The translations under genes and the position numbers were made by a program. DNA of 64,000 bases, from assembly GCA_004347685.1 (NCBI GenBank), contig SLTJ01000013.1, positions 1,655 to 65,654 of the forward strand, written 5' to 3'. Positions 1-8,141 of this stretch are shown in pieces. A model generated the notes under the pieces. The model was given only the letters and a program-made list of their open reading frames with translations. It ran no database searches and was not told the origin of the DNA. Origin of the DNA: Clostridia bacterium (lineage in GTDB: Bacteria; Bacillota; DSM-521; Neomoorellales; SLTJ01). Each line of letters starts with the position of its first letter. Position 1 is the stretch's first letter.

Positions 1-375
1 GACCAGCGGGCCAGGCAGGCCCAGGATAAACTCAAAGCCGGCCCGATGTACGAAGACCGGGGGCTGGTTTTTTCAAACCAGGTGGGGGGCCCCCTGGACC
101 CGGGCAACCTCCGCAACCGACACTACAAGCCCGCGCTGGAGCGGGCCGGATTGCCCAGGGGGACCCACTTTCACGCCCTGCGGCACACCTTCGCCACGTC
201 ACTTCTCCGCCAGGGTGTGGGAGTTGAGAAGGTTTCAGCCTGGTTGGGGCACGCCAACCCCGGATTCACCTACCGGGTATATTACCACCACATCCCCCAG
301 AAACTGGACCCTGGGGAGGCCGAACGGCTTAACGCCATCCTGTTCGGTGGTGACGGAAAGAAAAATACCCGCTAG
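1..375 (+). CDS. tyrosine recombinase / phage-type integrase, C-terminal catalytic part (5' end lies outside window)
   Basis: Frame is open from base 1. HALRHTFATSLL ... LGHANPGFTYRVYYH matches the integrase HxxR / H / Y catalytic box. The gene faces the 3' end of tRNA-Val. Confidence 0.85.
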   Translation, partial: DQRARQAQDKLKAGPMYEDRGLVFSNQVGGPLDPGNLRNRHYKPALERAGLPRGTHFHALRHTFATSLLRQGVGVEKVSAWLGHANPGFTYRVYYHHIPQKLDPGEAERLNAILFGGDGKKNTR

Positions 376-495
376 GCATTACCCCCGGGGTATCCTGGCC
401 AGCAGGGATTCCGGTGACAAATTGGTGAAACCGCCAGTTTTATCCATCAACCGCGTCTACCCGAACCCTGAAAGCCTTGGCATCACTGGGTTTTC

Positions 496-570
496 TGGTG
501 GAGGCGATAAGACTTGAACTTATGACCTCCTGCTTGTAAGGCAGGCGCTCTCCCTCTGAGCTACGCCTCC
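496..570 (-). tRNA. tRNA-Val (anticodon TAC)
   Basis: Hand-folded cloverleaf: acceptor GGAGGCG/CGCCTCC, anticodon stem CCTGC/GCAGG, loop CTTACAA, T-loop TTCAAGT, encoded CCA. 75 nt. Confidence 0.9.
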
Positions 571-571
571 A

Positions 572-646
572 TGGCGACCCGTAGGGGATTCGAACCCCTG
601 ATACCGGCTTGAAAGACCGGTGTCTTAACCACTTGACTAACGGGTC
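572..646 (-). tRNA. tRNA-Glu (anticodon TTC)
   Basis: Acceptor GACCCGT/ACGGGTC, anticodon loop CTTTCAA, T-arm AGGGG-TTCGAAT-CCCCT, encoded CCA. 75 nt. Confidence 0.9.
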
Positions 647-654
647 ACGATCAT

Positions 655-708
655 AGAAGTTGGAAGTTGGAACGCAAAGAAAACCCACTTCCCTCTAACC
701 TCTAGAAC
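655..708. repeat. tRNA spacer built from two opposed SD-like heptad runs
   Basis: agaagt tggaagt tggaac at 655-673 on the plus strand. At 684-708, cccacttccctctaacctctagaac is the same GGAAGT/GAGGTT-type heptad pattern on the other strand. Confidence 0.5.
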
Positions 709-783
709 TGGTGGGCCCACCTGGGTTCGAACCAGGGACCAACCGGTTATGAGCCGGTAGCTCTGCCGCTGAGCTATGGGCCC
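709..783 (-). tRNA. tRNA with CAT anticodon (elongator Met or lysidine-modified Ile2; not initiator)
   Basis: Acceptor GGGCCCA/TGGGCCC with a paired 1:72 position. Anticodon stem ACCGG/CCGGT, loop CTCATAA, T-loop TTCGAAC, CCA encoded. Confidence 0.85.
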
Positions 784-790
784 AAGAAAC

Positions 791-865
791 TGGCTCCTCG
801 GGCAGGATTCGAACCTGCAACCTACCGGTTAACAGCCGGCCGCTCCACCCTTGAGCTACCGAGGA
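791..865 (-). tRNA. tRNA-Asn (anticodon GTT)
   Basis: Acceptor TCCTCGG/CCGAGGA, anticodon loop CTGTTAA, T-arm GCAGG-TTCGAAT-CCTGC, CCA encoded. 75 nt. Confidence 0.9.
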
Positions 866-935
866 ATCTCAACAGGTGTATTATAAAACACATGATCTGC
901 TTCGTCAAGACTTTGGGGCCAAATGTCTCTCCGTT

Positions 936-2042
936 TCACTCCAGATAGTCCTTGAGTTTTTTGCTGCGGCTGGGATGACGCAACTTGCGCAGGGCCTTAG
1001 CCTCGATCTGGCGGATACGCTCCCGGGTCACGCCAAACTCCTGGCCCACTTCCTCGAGGGTGCGGCTGCGGCCGTCGTCCAGCCCAAAGCGCAGGCGCAG
1101 AACCTTTTCCTCTCTGGGAGTCAGAGTATCCAGTACCTCCTCCAGTTGCTCCTTCAGCAGGTGAAAGGAAGCCGCCTCTGCCGGCGCCGGGGCCTCTTCG
1201 TCCTCGATGAAATCCCCCAGGTGACTATCTTCCTCCTCGCCGATGGGGGTCTCCAGGGAAACCGGCTCCTGAGCGATCTTCATTATCTCCCGTACCCTCT
1301 CAACCGGTACGCCCATTTCTTCGGCAATCTCCTCCGGCAGCGGCTCGCGCCCCAGTTCCTGCAGTAGCTGCCGCTGTACCCGGATGAGCTTGTTAATGGT
1401 CTCCACCATATGCACCGGGATGCGAATGGTGCGAGCCTGGTCGGCAATAGCCCGGGTAATGGCCTGGCGGATCCACCACGTAGCATAAGTGCTGAACTTA
1501 TACCCCTTGCGATAGTCAAACTTTTCTACTGCCTTGATGAGCCCCATGTTACCTTCCTGGATTAGGTCCAGAAAAAGCAGCCCCCGGCCTACGTAGCGCT
1601 TGGCAATACTCACCACCAGGCGCAGATTGGCCTCGGCCAGCCGCCGCTTGGCCTCGTCATCTCCCTGCTCCATCTTTTTGGCCAATTCTATTTCTTCCTC
1701 GCTGTTGAGCAGGGGAATACGCCCAATTTCCTTCAGGTACATCCGCACCGGGTCGTCCAGATTTATGCCCTCGGGGATAGAGAGATCGAGCTCCGGCTCG
1801 CTACCATGGCCGTCCTTCTCCAGTTCGGAGAGGTCAGTAGTCTCCGGCACGACCGGTATCCCGAGTTGCGCCAGCTTCTCATAAACCTCGTCTATCTGTT
1901 CCGGGGTGAGCTCCACATGCTGCAGGGAATCCATTACTTCCTGGTAAGTCAAACCGCCCTGTTGTTTTCCCTTTTCTATCAGCACACGGGTAGCATCTTC
2001 CCGGGGGCTATGTCTGTCCGTATTATGCATTTCCAGTTTCAC
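936..2042 (-). CDS. sigA: RNA polymerase primary sigma factor (sigma-70/SigA)
   Basis: 368 aa with regions 1.2-4.2 recognisable ([65 protein letters not shown]). Follows dnaG as in Bacillus. Confidence 0.97.
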   Translation of the reverse strand: MKLEMHNTDRHSPREDATRVLIEKGKQQGGLTYQEVMDSLQHVELTPEQIDEVYEKLAQLGIPVVPETTDLSELEKDGHGSEPELDLSIPEGINLDDPVRMYLKEIGRIPLLNSEEEIELAKKMEQGDDEAKRRLAEANLRLVVSIAKRYVGRGLLFLDLIQEGNMGLIKAVEKFDYRKGYKFSTYATWWIRQAITRAIADQARTIRIPVHMVETINKLIRVQRQLLQELGREPLPEEIAEEMGVPVERVREIMKIAQEPVSLETPIGEEEDSHLGDFIEDEEAPAPAEAASFHLLKEQLEEVLDTLTPREEKVLRLRFGLDDGRSRTLEEVGQEFGVTRERIRQIEAKALRKLRHPSRSKKLKDYLE

Positions 2043-3873
2043 TGTATTCTCTTCCCCCCTTCCCCGGGGAAAACCGCAGAGATCTATGTTTCTTCTCCAG
2101 TTCTATCACTTCAGCCAGAAGGCTGGAAACTTCTTGCTCACGATTACTTTCCTCTGCCTGCCTGATAGCTTGCTTCAGGGTATCAATGCTCTGCCGCAGG
2201 GCAAAAGATTTAAGGCAGGCCAGATTGGCATTGATATTTTCTTCGGTTGCCGGTACCAACCACGGCCTCCAGATGATTTCAGCCAGCCTCTGTGCCGCCT
2301 CCGTATCTTCCCCCTGCACCACCGCCAAAACAGTAGCCGGGCTCCACTGGATACCCGGCTGTCCCTCACCAATAGCCGTGGCCATGATCATGGCTATCCG
2401 TTCGGCCCAGGGGTCCGCCCAAGCGCCTGCCGGCACCTCTTTCAGAAGTCTCCGGCCCAGGTCCCTATCCTGGACCATCCATGCCAGCAACTGGCCTTGG
2501 GCTCGCTCATGAGCCGGCAAGGCTTGTAACGCCGTACCAGTTTTAGTATCCCTAGTTTTTACTTTTTTATCCTGTTTTTGCAGATACTCCATCTCGGCTA
2601 GAACGGCGGCCATAGACACCCCTAATCTTTCAGAAACAACCCTGGCATACTCTATCCTTTCTCCCGGATGCTCAAGCCGGGCCAGGTCAGGAATAATAGT
2701 CTCCACCAGCTTCATCTTGTCGTTAACGCCCCGTGGCTTCTGATTGGCCGCCAGTTTCTCCAGCTTGTAATCAATCAACCACCTGGATTTCCGCTCCAGG
2801 AGCTCCTGAAACTCCTGACTGCCATACCGCTGGAGGAAAGTATCCGGGTCTTCACCGACCGGCATCTCGGCTATTCGCACCTGCAGGCCAGCTTGTTGGA
2901 GGATCTCAAGGCCCCGCCAGGTTGCTGCCTCCCCGGCCCTATCTCCATCATAGGCGATACAGACACTGGATGTTACTTCCCGGATCAACCGGGCTTGTTC
3001 CAAGGTGAGGGCTGTCCCCAGGGAAGCTACGGCCCAGGTTATTCCATATTGATGCGCCGCGATCACGTCCACGTAACCCTCGACTATTGCGGCATACCCG
3101 GCCTGACGAATGCCTGCCGCCGCCTGGGACAGGCCGTAGAGAAGCCTGCGTTTCTGAAAAAGAACTGTTTCGGGCGTGTTCAGGTACTTGGGTGACCCCT
3201 CCCCCAGAACACGGCCCCCGAACCCTATCACCCGTCCCCGGCGATCAGTGATAGGAAAGATCAATCGCTGCCGAAATCTATCAATCCGGCGCCCGTCAGC
3301 GGTGCGCACGGCCAGACCGCTTTCCTCCACCTCACCGGGAGAGAACCCCTGCCGGGCGGCAAAGGCCAGGAATTCTTCCGGGCCGCCGGGGGCATAGCCA
3401 AGAGAAAATTTCTTTATCGCTTCCAGCTTCACCTTGCGGCCGGCCAGGTATTTCCTGGCCTCAGCTCCCCGCAAAGGATCCGCCAGCATTTGATGATAAA
3501 ACTTGGCCGCAAGCTCGTTAATGGCCAGCAACTTCTCCTTGCGCGGATCTTCACCTGGCCCGTCCGCCTCAGGGATAAAAATGCCGGCTTTCTCAGCCGC
3601 CTGCCGTACAGCTTCGGGAAAGCTCAGGTTTTCCTTCTGCATTAAAAAGGTAAACACGTTGCCGCCCGCGCCGCAGCCGAAACAGTAAAACATCTGCTTT
3701 TGCGGGCTTACGGTAAAGGAAGGCGTCCGCTCCTGGTGAAAGGGGCATAAACCGACATACTGCTGTCCCTGTTTTTTAAGGGCCACATAAGCGCCGATCA
3801 CTTCGACAATATCGGCCCGTTCACGCACCTCAGCCACTATCTCCGGTGGAATCGGTCCGCCCACCCCAAACAC
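2023..3873 (-). CDS. dnaG: DNA primase
   Basis: 616 aa with Zn-ribbon [34 protein letters not shown], a TOPRIM region ([10 protein letters not shown] ... AYDGDRAG) and a C-terminal DnaB-binding domain. GTG start at 3873 is uncertain by a few codons. Confidence 0.96.
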   Translation of the reverse strand: MFGVGGPIPPEIVAEVRERADIVEVIGAYVALKKQGQQYVGLCPFHQERTPSFTVSPQKQMFYCFGCGAGGNVFTFLMQKENLSFPEAVRQAAEKAGIFIPEADGPGEDPRKEKLLAINELAAKFYHQMLADPLRGAEARKYLAGRKVKLEAIKKFSLGYAPGGPEEFLAFAARQGFSPGEVEESGLAVRTADGRRIDRFRQRLIFPITDRRGRVIGFGGRVLGEGSPKYLNTPETVLFQKRRLLYGLSQAAAGIRQAGYAAIVEGYVDVIAAHQYGITWAVASLGTALTLEQARLIREVTSSVCIAYDGDRAGEAATWRGLEILQQAGLQVRIAEMPVGEDPDTFLQRYGSQEFQELLERKSRWLIDYKLEKLAANQKPRGVNDKMKLVETIIPDLARLEHPGERIEYARVVSERLGVSMAAVLAEMEYLQKQDKKVKTRDTKTGTALQALPAHERAQGQLLAWMVQDRDLGRRLLKEVPAGAWADPWAERIAMIMATAIGEGQPGIQWSPATVLAVVQGEDTEAAQRLAEIIWRPWLVPATEENINANLACLKSFALRQSIDTLKQAIRQAEESNREQEVSSLLAEVIELEKKHRSLRFSPGKGGREYSETGNA

Positions 3874-3950
3874 CTGCCTGAAAATGAGAAGTGGGAGGTG
3901 GGAGGTGGGACACTTGTAGGAACTTGCTACGCAAGTTCCAAATCGAGATC
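3871..3950. repeat. dispersed hairpin + heptad-array element, copy 1
   Basis: About 80% identical to 24963-25055. Contains (GGGAGGT)-type heptads at 3886-3910 and a 9-bp hairpin ggaacttgc-tac-gcaagttcc at 3919-3939. Confidence 0.75.
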
Positions 3951-4112
3951 CACGCCTTCTACCCCACCGCCGTTTTCATCCTGTGTTGGTGCCGGGGCAG
4001 AAAGCCCTGGCACAGACTTTTCGCCTTCAACGCGCCGCCAATACACCTTCTTATTTCGCTGCCGGTAGGAATTTTCCTTCCCGGCGAAATAAATTCGTTC
4101 TCCTGGGGCCAT
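3927..4112 (-). CDS. hypothetical small protein (61 aa), doubtful
   Basis: ORF only, with weak RBS. Its 3' end runs into the repeat element and no family was recognised. Confidence 0.25.
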   Translation of the reverse strand: MAPGERIYFAGKENSYRQRNKKVYWRRVEGEKSVPGLSAPAPTQDENGGGVEGVDLDLELA

Positions 4113-4169
4113 ACTAACCTACAGAGGGCCGCAACCGCGGAGAAAAGAAAAAGGGGCGCGCTGGCATCA

Positions 4170-4298
4170 TGGACAAATACCTTAGCCTGATACTCTTTGT
4201 GCTAATCGTTGTGCCTACCCTTTATGCTCTTTACCGGGGGGTAGTTCTCCCCGTATTGTTACCTCATGCGTCTAAAACCAAGGGTAAATCCCGGTGAG
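4170..4298 (+). CDS. possible 42-aa hydrophobic peptide (MDKYLSLILFVLIVVPTLYALYRGVVLPVLLPHASKTKGKSR)
   Basis: Below the ORF-track cutoff. One predicted TM helix plus a basic tail. Weak SD (aaagggg), no clear promoter, and opposite to the neighbouring genes. Confidence 0.25.
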
Positions 4299-4311
4299 GT
4301 GCCTGACGGCA

Positions 4312-4356
4312 AAATGACAAAAAAGATGGTATAATAACCATCCGGGTGGTTATTAT
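4312..4356 (-). terminator. intrinsic terminator candidate
   Basis: Perfect 10-bp stem ATAATAACCA / TGGTTATTAT with a 6-nt loop. On the minus strand it is followed by ACCATCTTTTTTGTCATTTT. Confidence 0.5.
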
Positions 4357-4560
4357 ATTGATCAGCGGACAGTCGGTTCCTGTCAGGTGACCAGTCACTA
4401 CCTGAATAGCTTGACCGCGAAGAGAACTGGCTGTCCCTACTAAAAGGCAGAAGGCTGGGGGTTAGGGTGGCCACCAAGAGCTTCGGAAAGCCTGAGAATC
4501 TGACCTGGATTTATTGGGCCGCCCGTGCGGTGCTATCGTACGCCGTTCTAGGCAACAGCC

Positions 4561-5553
4561 CTAGCTCAGCGAAAACCCCTTCGGGACGAAAAGCGCTGAG
4601 TAGCGGGAGACAGCGTAGGTATCAGTCATGCCGGCAATATAGTCACATACCCTCCGGGACAGATCGCCCTCTGCCTCACCCAGCGGCGGCAACTCCCCGG
4701 GATGCTCCAAGTAATAACGATACAACTCTTGTACCAGCTTTTTGGCCTTATCCTCCTCCACTTTCGCCAGGGATCCGACATAAACCGTCTGGAAAAGGAA
4801 ACCGCGTAGTTTGGTGGTAGACTCCTGTACCTCAGGGCTCATCTTGATCCAGGAAGAATCAAGGCTATTATGAATAACGTCCAGTACCATGGTATTGATT
4901 CTTTCCCGGTGGGCGCGGCCTAGAACCTGAAGGCAACTCCCGGGCAAATCATCAGCCTTGAGTATGCCGCCCCGGATGGCATCGTCAATATCATGGTTAA
5001 CATAAGCTATGCGGTCGGCCAGCCGAACAATTTGTCCCTCCAATGTCTGAGGTTCTGTTGCTCCGGTATGGTTCACAATGCCGTCCCTGACCTCCCATGT
5101 CAGGTTGAGGCCGCCCTCCTGTTCCAGCTTGTCCACCACTCGCAAGCTCTGCTCGTTGTGGCGAAAGCCTCCGGGGTGCACCTGGTTCAGGGCCTCTTCC
5201 CCGGCATGCCCAAAAGGAGTATGGCCGAGATCATGCCCCAGAGCTATGGCTTCAGTTAGATCTTCGTTTAACCTCAAGGCCCTGGCAATGGTACGGGCAA
5301 TTTGCGCTACCTCCAAGGTATGGGTCAGGCGAGTGCGGAAGTGATCTCCTTCTGGAGCGATAAAAACCTGGGTCTTATGTTTTAGGCGGCGGAAAGCTTT
5401 AGAATGGATAATCCGGTCCCGGTCCCGCTGGAAATCGGTGCGCACCTTACATTTTCGTTCCGGCCGCTCCCGCCCGCGGCTGCAGGCGCTCAGGGTGGCG
5501 TGGGGAGAAAGCCACTCCTGCTCCCGCCTTTCCTGTTCTTCCCGCAGGTTCAT
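4561..5553 (-). CDS. dgt: dGTP triphosphohydrolase-like HD-domain protein
   Basis: 330 aa: [52 protein letters not shown]. Confidence 0.9.
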   Translation of the reverse strand: MNLREEQERREQEWLSPHATLSACSRGRERPERKCKVRTDFQRDRDRIIHSKAFRRLKHKTQVFIAPEGDHFRTRLTHTLEVAQIARTIARALRLNEDLTEAIALGHDLGHTPFGHAGEEALNQVHPGGFRHNEQSLRVVDKLEQEGGLNLTWEVRDGIVNHTGATEPQTLEGQIVRLADRIAYVNHDIDDAIRGGILKADDLPGSCLQVLGRAHRERINTMVLDVIHNSLDSSWIKMSPEVQESTTKLRGFLFQTVYVGSLAKVEEDKAKKLVQELYRYYLEHPGELPPLGEAEGDLSRRVCDYIAGMTDTYAVSRYSALFVPKGFSLS

Positions 5554-5570
5554 GTTTTTTCACCGCCCCC

Positions 5571-6170
5571 TTACCGGTGCCTCAGACCCATGGTAGCCGC
5601 TGCCAGTTCCACCGCCCGCCTGGCCAGGACCGCGGCCCTCTCCAGGGCCTGGGCATCAGCCTGGGCCGGTTTCTGGGCGCAGGCGCCGTGGTGGCCGCAG
5701 TCTTCCTCCCAGTACCCATCACCAACTATGGTCATGCCGTGCACCAGCATTATTTCATGGATCGCCCGTAAAGTATCCTCCTGGCCGCCAAAACGGGAAG
5801 ACCCTACCGCCAGCGCCCCGCCTACCACATTTAGCAAGGCGTACTGGCGTCGCAGTACCCGCGACTTGTCCCAGAAGGCCTTCAACTGGCCGGAGAGGGT
5901 GCCAAAGTAGACCGGGCTGCCAACCAGCAGGGCATCAGCCCGGAACAGGGTCGCGTAGGCCTGTTCCAGGCGCTTGCCCCGCCAGCATTTCCCCTGGCAG
6001 GGATCGCTACACTGGCGGCAAAAGGGGTTATCCTGGTCCTCCAGGGCCCAGGATACGTGCACCATTTGCGTTTCAATCCCCGGTCCGGCCACGGCCTCCA
6101 TGGCATGCTGCAGGAGCCTGGCCGTATTGCCACAGCGGCGCGGGCTACCATTGAGGGCTACCAGAAGCAA
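5571..6170 (-). CDS. NADPH-dependent FMN reductase / iron-sulfur flavoprotein (Isf)-like
   Basis: LLVALNGSPRRCGNT ... Cys cluster CRQCSDPCQGKC ... LLVGSPVYFGTLSGQLKAFWD. TTG start at 6170 preceded by GGAGGT. The longer track ORF (to 6284) has no RBS. Confidence 0.8.
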   Translation of the reverse strand: MLLVALNGSPRRCGNTARLLQHAMEAVAGPGIETQMVHVSWALEDQDNPFCRQCSDPCQGKCWRGKRLEQAYATLFRADALLVGSPVYFGTLSGQLKAFWDKSRVLRRQYALLNVVGGALAVGSSRFGGQEDTLRAIHEIMLVHGMTIVGDGYWEEDCGHHGACAQKPAQADAQALERAAVLARRAVELAAATMGLRHR

Positions 6171-6305
6171 TTTTATACCTCCCCGGTACTCAAGGAATAC
6201 CAGACCGCCGGCATGATCCAGATGCAAATACTGTACTGCAGTATATACGCGGCTCGCATGAGAAGTTCCTGCTTGAGGCAGCAAACGGCAGGGGAAAGAC
6301 TCTTA

Positions 6306-6340
6306 AAGCTAAAAAGCGGCGGGGCCAGCACCCCGCCGCT
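6306..6340 (-). terminator. intrinsic terminator after the cytochrome gene
   Basis: Stem AGCGGCGGGG / CCCCGCCGCT (10 bp), followed by TTTTT on the minus strand. Confidence 0.75.
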
Positions 6341-6351
6341 GAGGTCCGTGC

Positions 6352-7905
6352 TTAACGGATAACAGCCCCGGGAACGTCCCGGCCTGTGAGCTGGCGGTAG
6401 GATTGCTGCAGGAGCGTCACCACGTAGGCCGGGTTGTGGACCCCGTGGCTGCCGTCGTTCTCCACCAGTTCCAGGTTAAAGACGGCGTTGTAGAGCTCTG
6501 TTGGTACGTTGTCCACTACCTTGCCGGAGGCGTCCTTCCACTCCAGGGAACCGTGGTTTTCGCCGCCCTTAACGCCGAGTTCGGCCTCTTTGGCCTTGAT
6601 GGCTTCTTCCAAAACGGCCAGCAGGCCCTTGACCTCGTCCTGGATCCCTTCCACCACCTTATCGCCGTCGTAATCGGCCAGTGCACCACGATTGATGGTA
6701 GTCAGACCGCTGTGGCACTTGCCGCAGGTGGCTTCCGCGTAGGCCGGAGTGTCAAGGATTCGGAAGGTGTGGTTCGGAACCCCACCGTTAGGCCCCATGT
6801 GGCAGCTCACGCACGTGTCGGGATTGGCTCCATGGGGTGAGCTGGGATAGTTGACCCCGGCCACCCTGGCGCCGCCGATACCCTTGAGGATGTCAAACTG
6901 GGGACCGCGGTGCGGGGCCGGTTTCTTCTCTGGATCGGGGAGCTTGCGCCCGTTATGGCAGGTGATGCACAGGGCCCCAGCCCCGGACTCCGTGGCCTTG
7001 TAACCGTTGGCCAGCACTGGGGTGGCCCCGGATTTCATGATCTCCTGGCCCCGGGTGCCGTGGCAGGAGTCACAGCCGATGGAATTCGGGGTATTGCGGA
7101 CGGCCTCAGGCAGGTCGGCCCGCTTGGTCTTGTTGTTGGCAAAGCCCTGTCCATCATGGCAGGCTATGCAGTTGTCCCTGTTTACCGGGCTGTCCTGGGT
7201 CAGTTCACCCCAGTTTTTCACGTTATGCCCTGACTTAGCCCACTGTTGGCTGATGACCTGGCTGGTGTCCACTTTCGGAGTCTGGGGCTGGGCATTGCTG
7301 GCACTTACCGCCAGGGTCAGGGTTTGGGCGTTAAAGGTGGCCCCCAGGGCTGCAGCCAGTTTGGCGGCATCCGTGTAGCCAACGCCCCGGACCACCGTAG
7401 CCGGGTAGGTAAGCTCTTGGCCGTTATAGAGGACCGTAGCCTTCTTTGCCTTGTTGTCCCAGCCGACTACTTTGGCGCCAAAGATATTGGCTACGTCACG
7501 CACCGGGAGAAGAACCTTCCCACCGCTTTTCAAGGCCTTAACCGTGCTCGCCTTGCCAAGGACGTCAACTTTAACGTTAACCGTGGCGGTACTCGTGGCC
7601 TTGGGTTCCGTGGCGGTACTCGTGGCCTTGGGTTCGTTGGAGGCTGTCTTCCCGCCCTGGGAACTGCTGCTGGCAGGTGCAGGGGCCTTGGGCGCCGATT
7701 TGGCTTGTGGCCATACATGCCCATTGGCCGCAAAGGCCTTGCCCGCGTCGTTCAGCTCAGGAATGTTCGTGTGGCAGGCGTTGCAGCCCTGGGACTGCTT
7801 ATCGGCCGGAAGCTTGCTGACATAATCAGACTTGGCCATGGCCACAGCCGCAAAGGCCACGGCAAAGATGGCCAGCAAAACAGCCACTGTGAGTAAACGT
7901 TTCAT
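6352..7905 (-). CDS. secreted hexaheme c-type cytochrome with copper-amine-oxidase-N-like stalk domain
   Basis: Signal peptide MKRLLTVAVLLAIFAVAFAAVAMA. Six CxxCH motifs (CNACH, CIACH, CDSCH, CITCH, CVSCH, CGKCH). Ser/Thr/Pro/Lys linker, and a LLPVRDVANIFGAKVVGWD domain. ATG at 7905 with an AGAGGGGAG RBS. Confidence 0.88.
   Translation of the reverse strand: MKRLLTVAVLLAIFAVAFAAVAMAKSDYVSKLPADKQSQGCNACHTNIPELNDAGKAFAANGHVWPQAKSAPKAPAPASSSSQGGKTASNEPKATSTATEPKATSTATVNVKVDVLGKASTVKALKSGGKVLLPVRDVANIFGAKVVGWDNKAKKATVLYNGQELTYPATVVRGVGYTDAAKLAAALGATFNAQTLTLAVSASNAQPQTPKVDTSQVISQQWAKSGHNVKNWGELTQDSPVNRDNCIACHDGQGFANNKTKRADLPEAVRNTPNSIGCDSCHGTRGQEIMKSGATPVLANGYKATESGAGALCITCHNGRKLPDPEKKPAPHRGPQFDILKGIGGARVAGVNYPSSPHGANPDTCVSCHMGPNGGVPNHTFRILDTPAYAEATCGKCHSGLTTINRGALADYDGDKVVEGIQDEVKGLLAVLEEAIKAKEAELGVKGGENHGSLEWKDASGKVVDNVPTELYNAVFNLELVENDGSHGVHNPAYVVTLLQQSYRQLTGRDVPGAVIR
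7583..7636. repeat. 2 x 27 bp tandem duplication inside cytochrome linker
   Basis: gtggcggtactcgtggccttgggttcc is repeated at 26/27 identity. It encodes EPKATSTAT twice. Confidence 0.9.
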
Positions 7906-8071
7906 ATGTACCAACTCCCCTCTGTTCTTGTTTCTCGATGTTTGAACTCCGGGATACTTCGAATGAACCATACTTTTTCACCCCCTTTCGTTCCGCCAGG
8001 TACAATAATGATTATGATTTAGATGGCATTATATTCGTTTCTACGTACCCGGCCATTTTCCTTCTGGCGAC

Positions 8072-8101
8072 ACAAAAAAGCCCCGGCAAAACTACCGGGG
8101 C
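8072..8101 (-). terminator. intrinsic terminator after ppdK
   Basis: GCCCCGG-tagttttg-CCGGGGC followed by TTTTTT on the minus strand. Confidence 0.8.
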
Positions 8102-8141
8102 CTCCACAATGTGCAAGTTACGTTTCCGGCCGGAACAGCCC

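Noticed and set aside
876-1367. 163-aa plus-strand ORF
   Set aside because: Antisense to sigA.
3886-3910. Heptad arrays as a CRISPR array or minisatellite-encoded peptide
   Set aside because: The units are 7 nt with no spacers and total 50 nt or less. The plus-strand reading after the copy-1 array is TTG-TAG (start-stop) and is not conserved in copy 2, so the arrays are neither CRISPR nor coding.
4300-4560. Identity of the structured gap as SRP RNA, 6S RNA, RNase P RNA or tmRNA
   Set aside because: I checked by eye for the hallmark motifs of each: SRP domain IV GGAA/AGCA loops, RNase P GAGGAAAGUCC, the tmRNA tRNA-like end, and 6S end-pairing. None are present. CCAGGTCAG is only a short chance match to 4.5S RNA.
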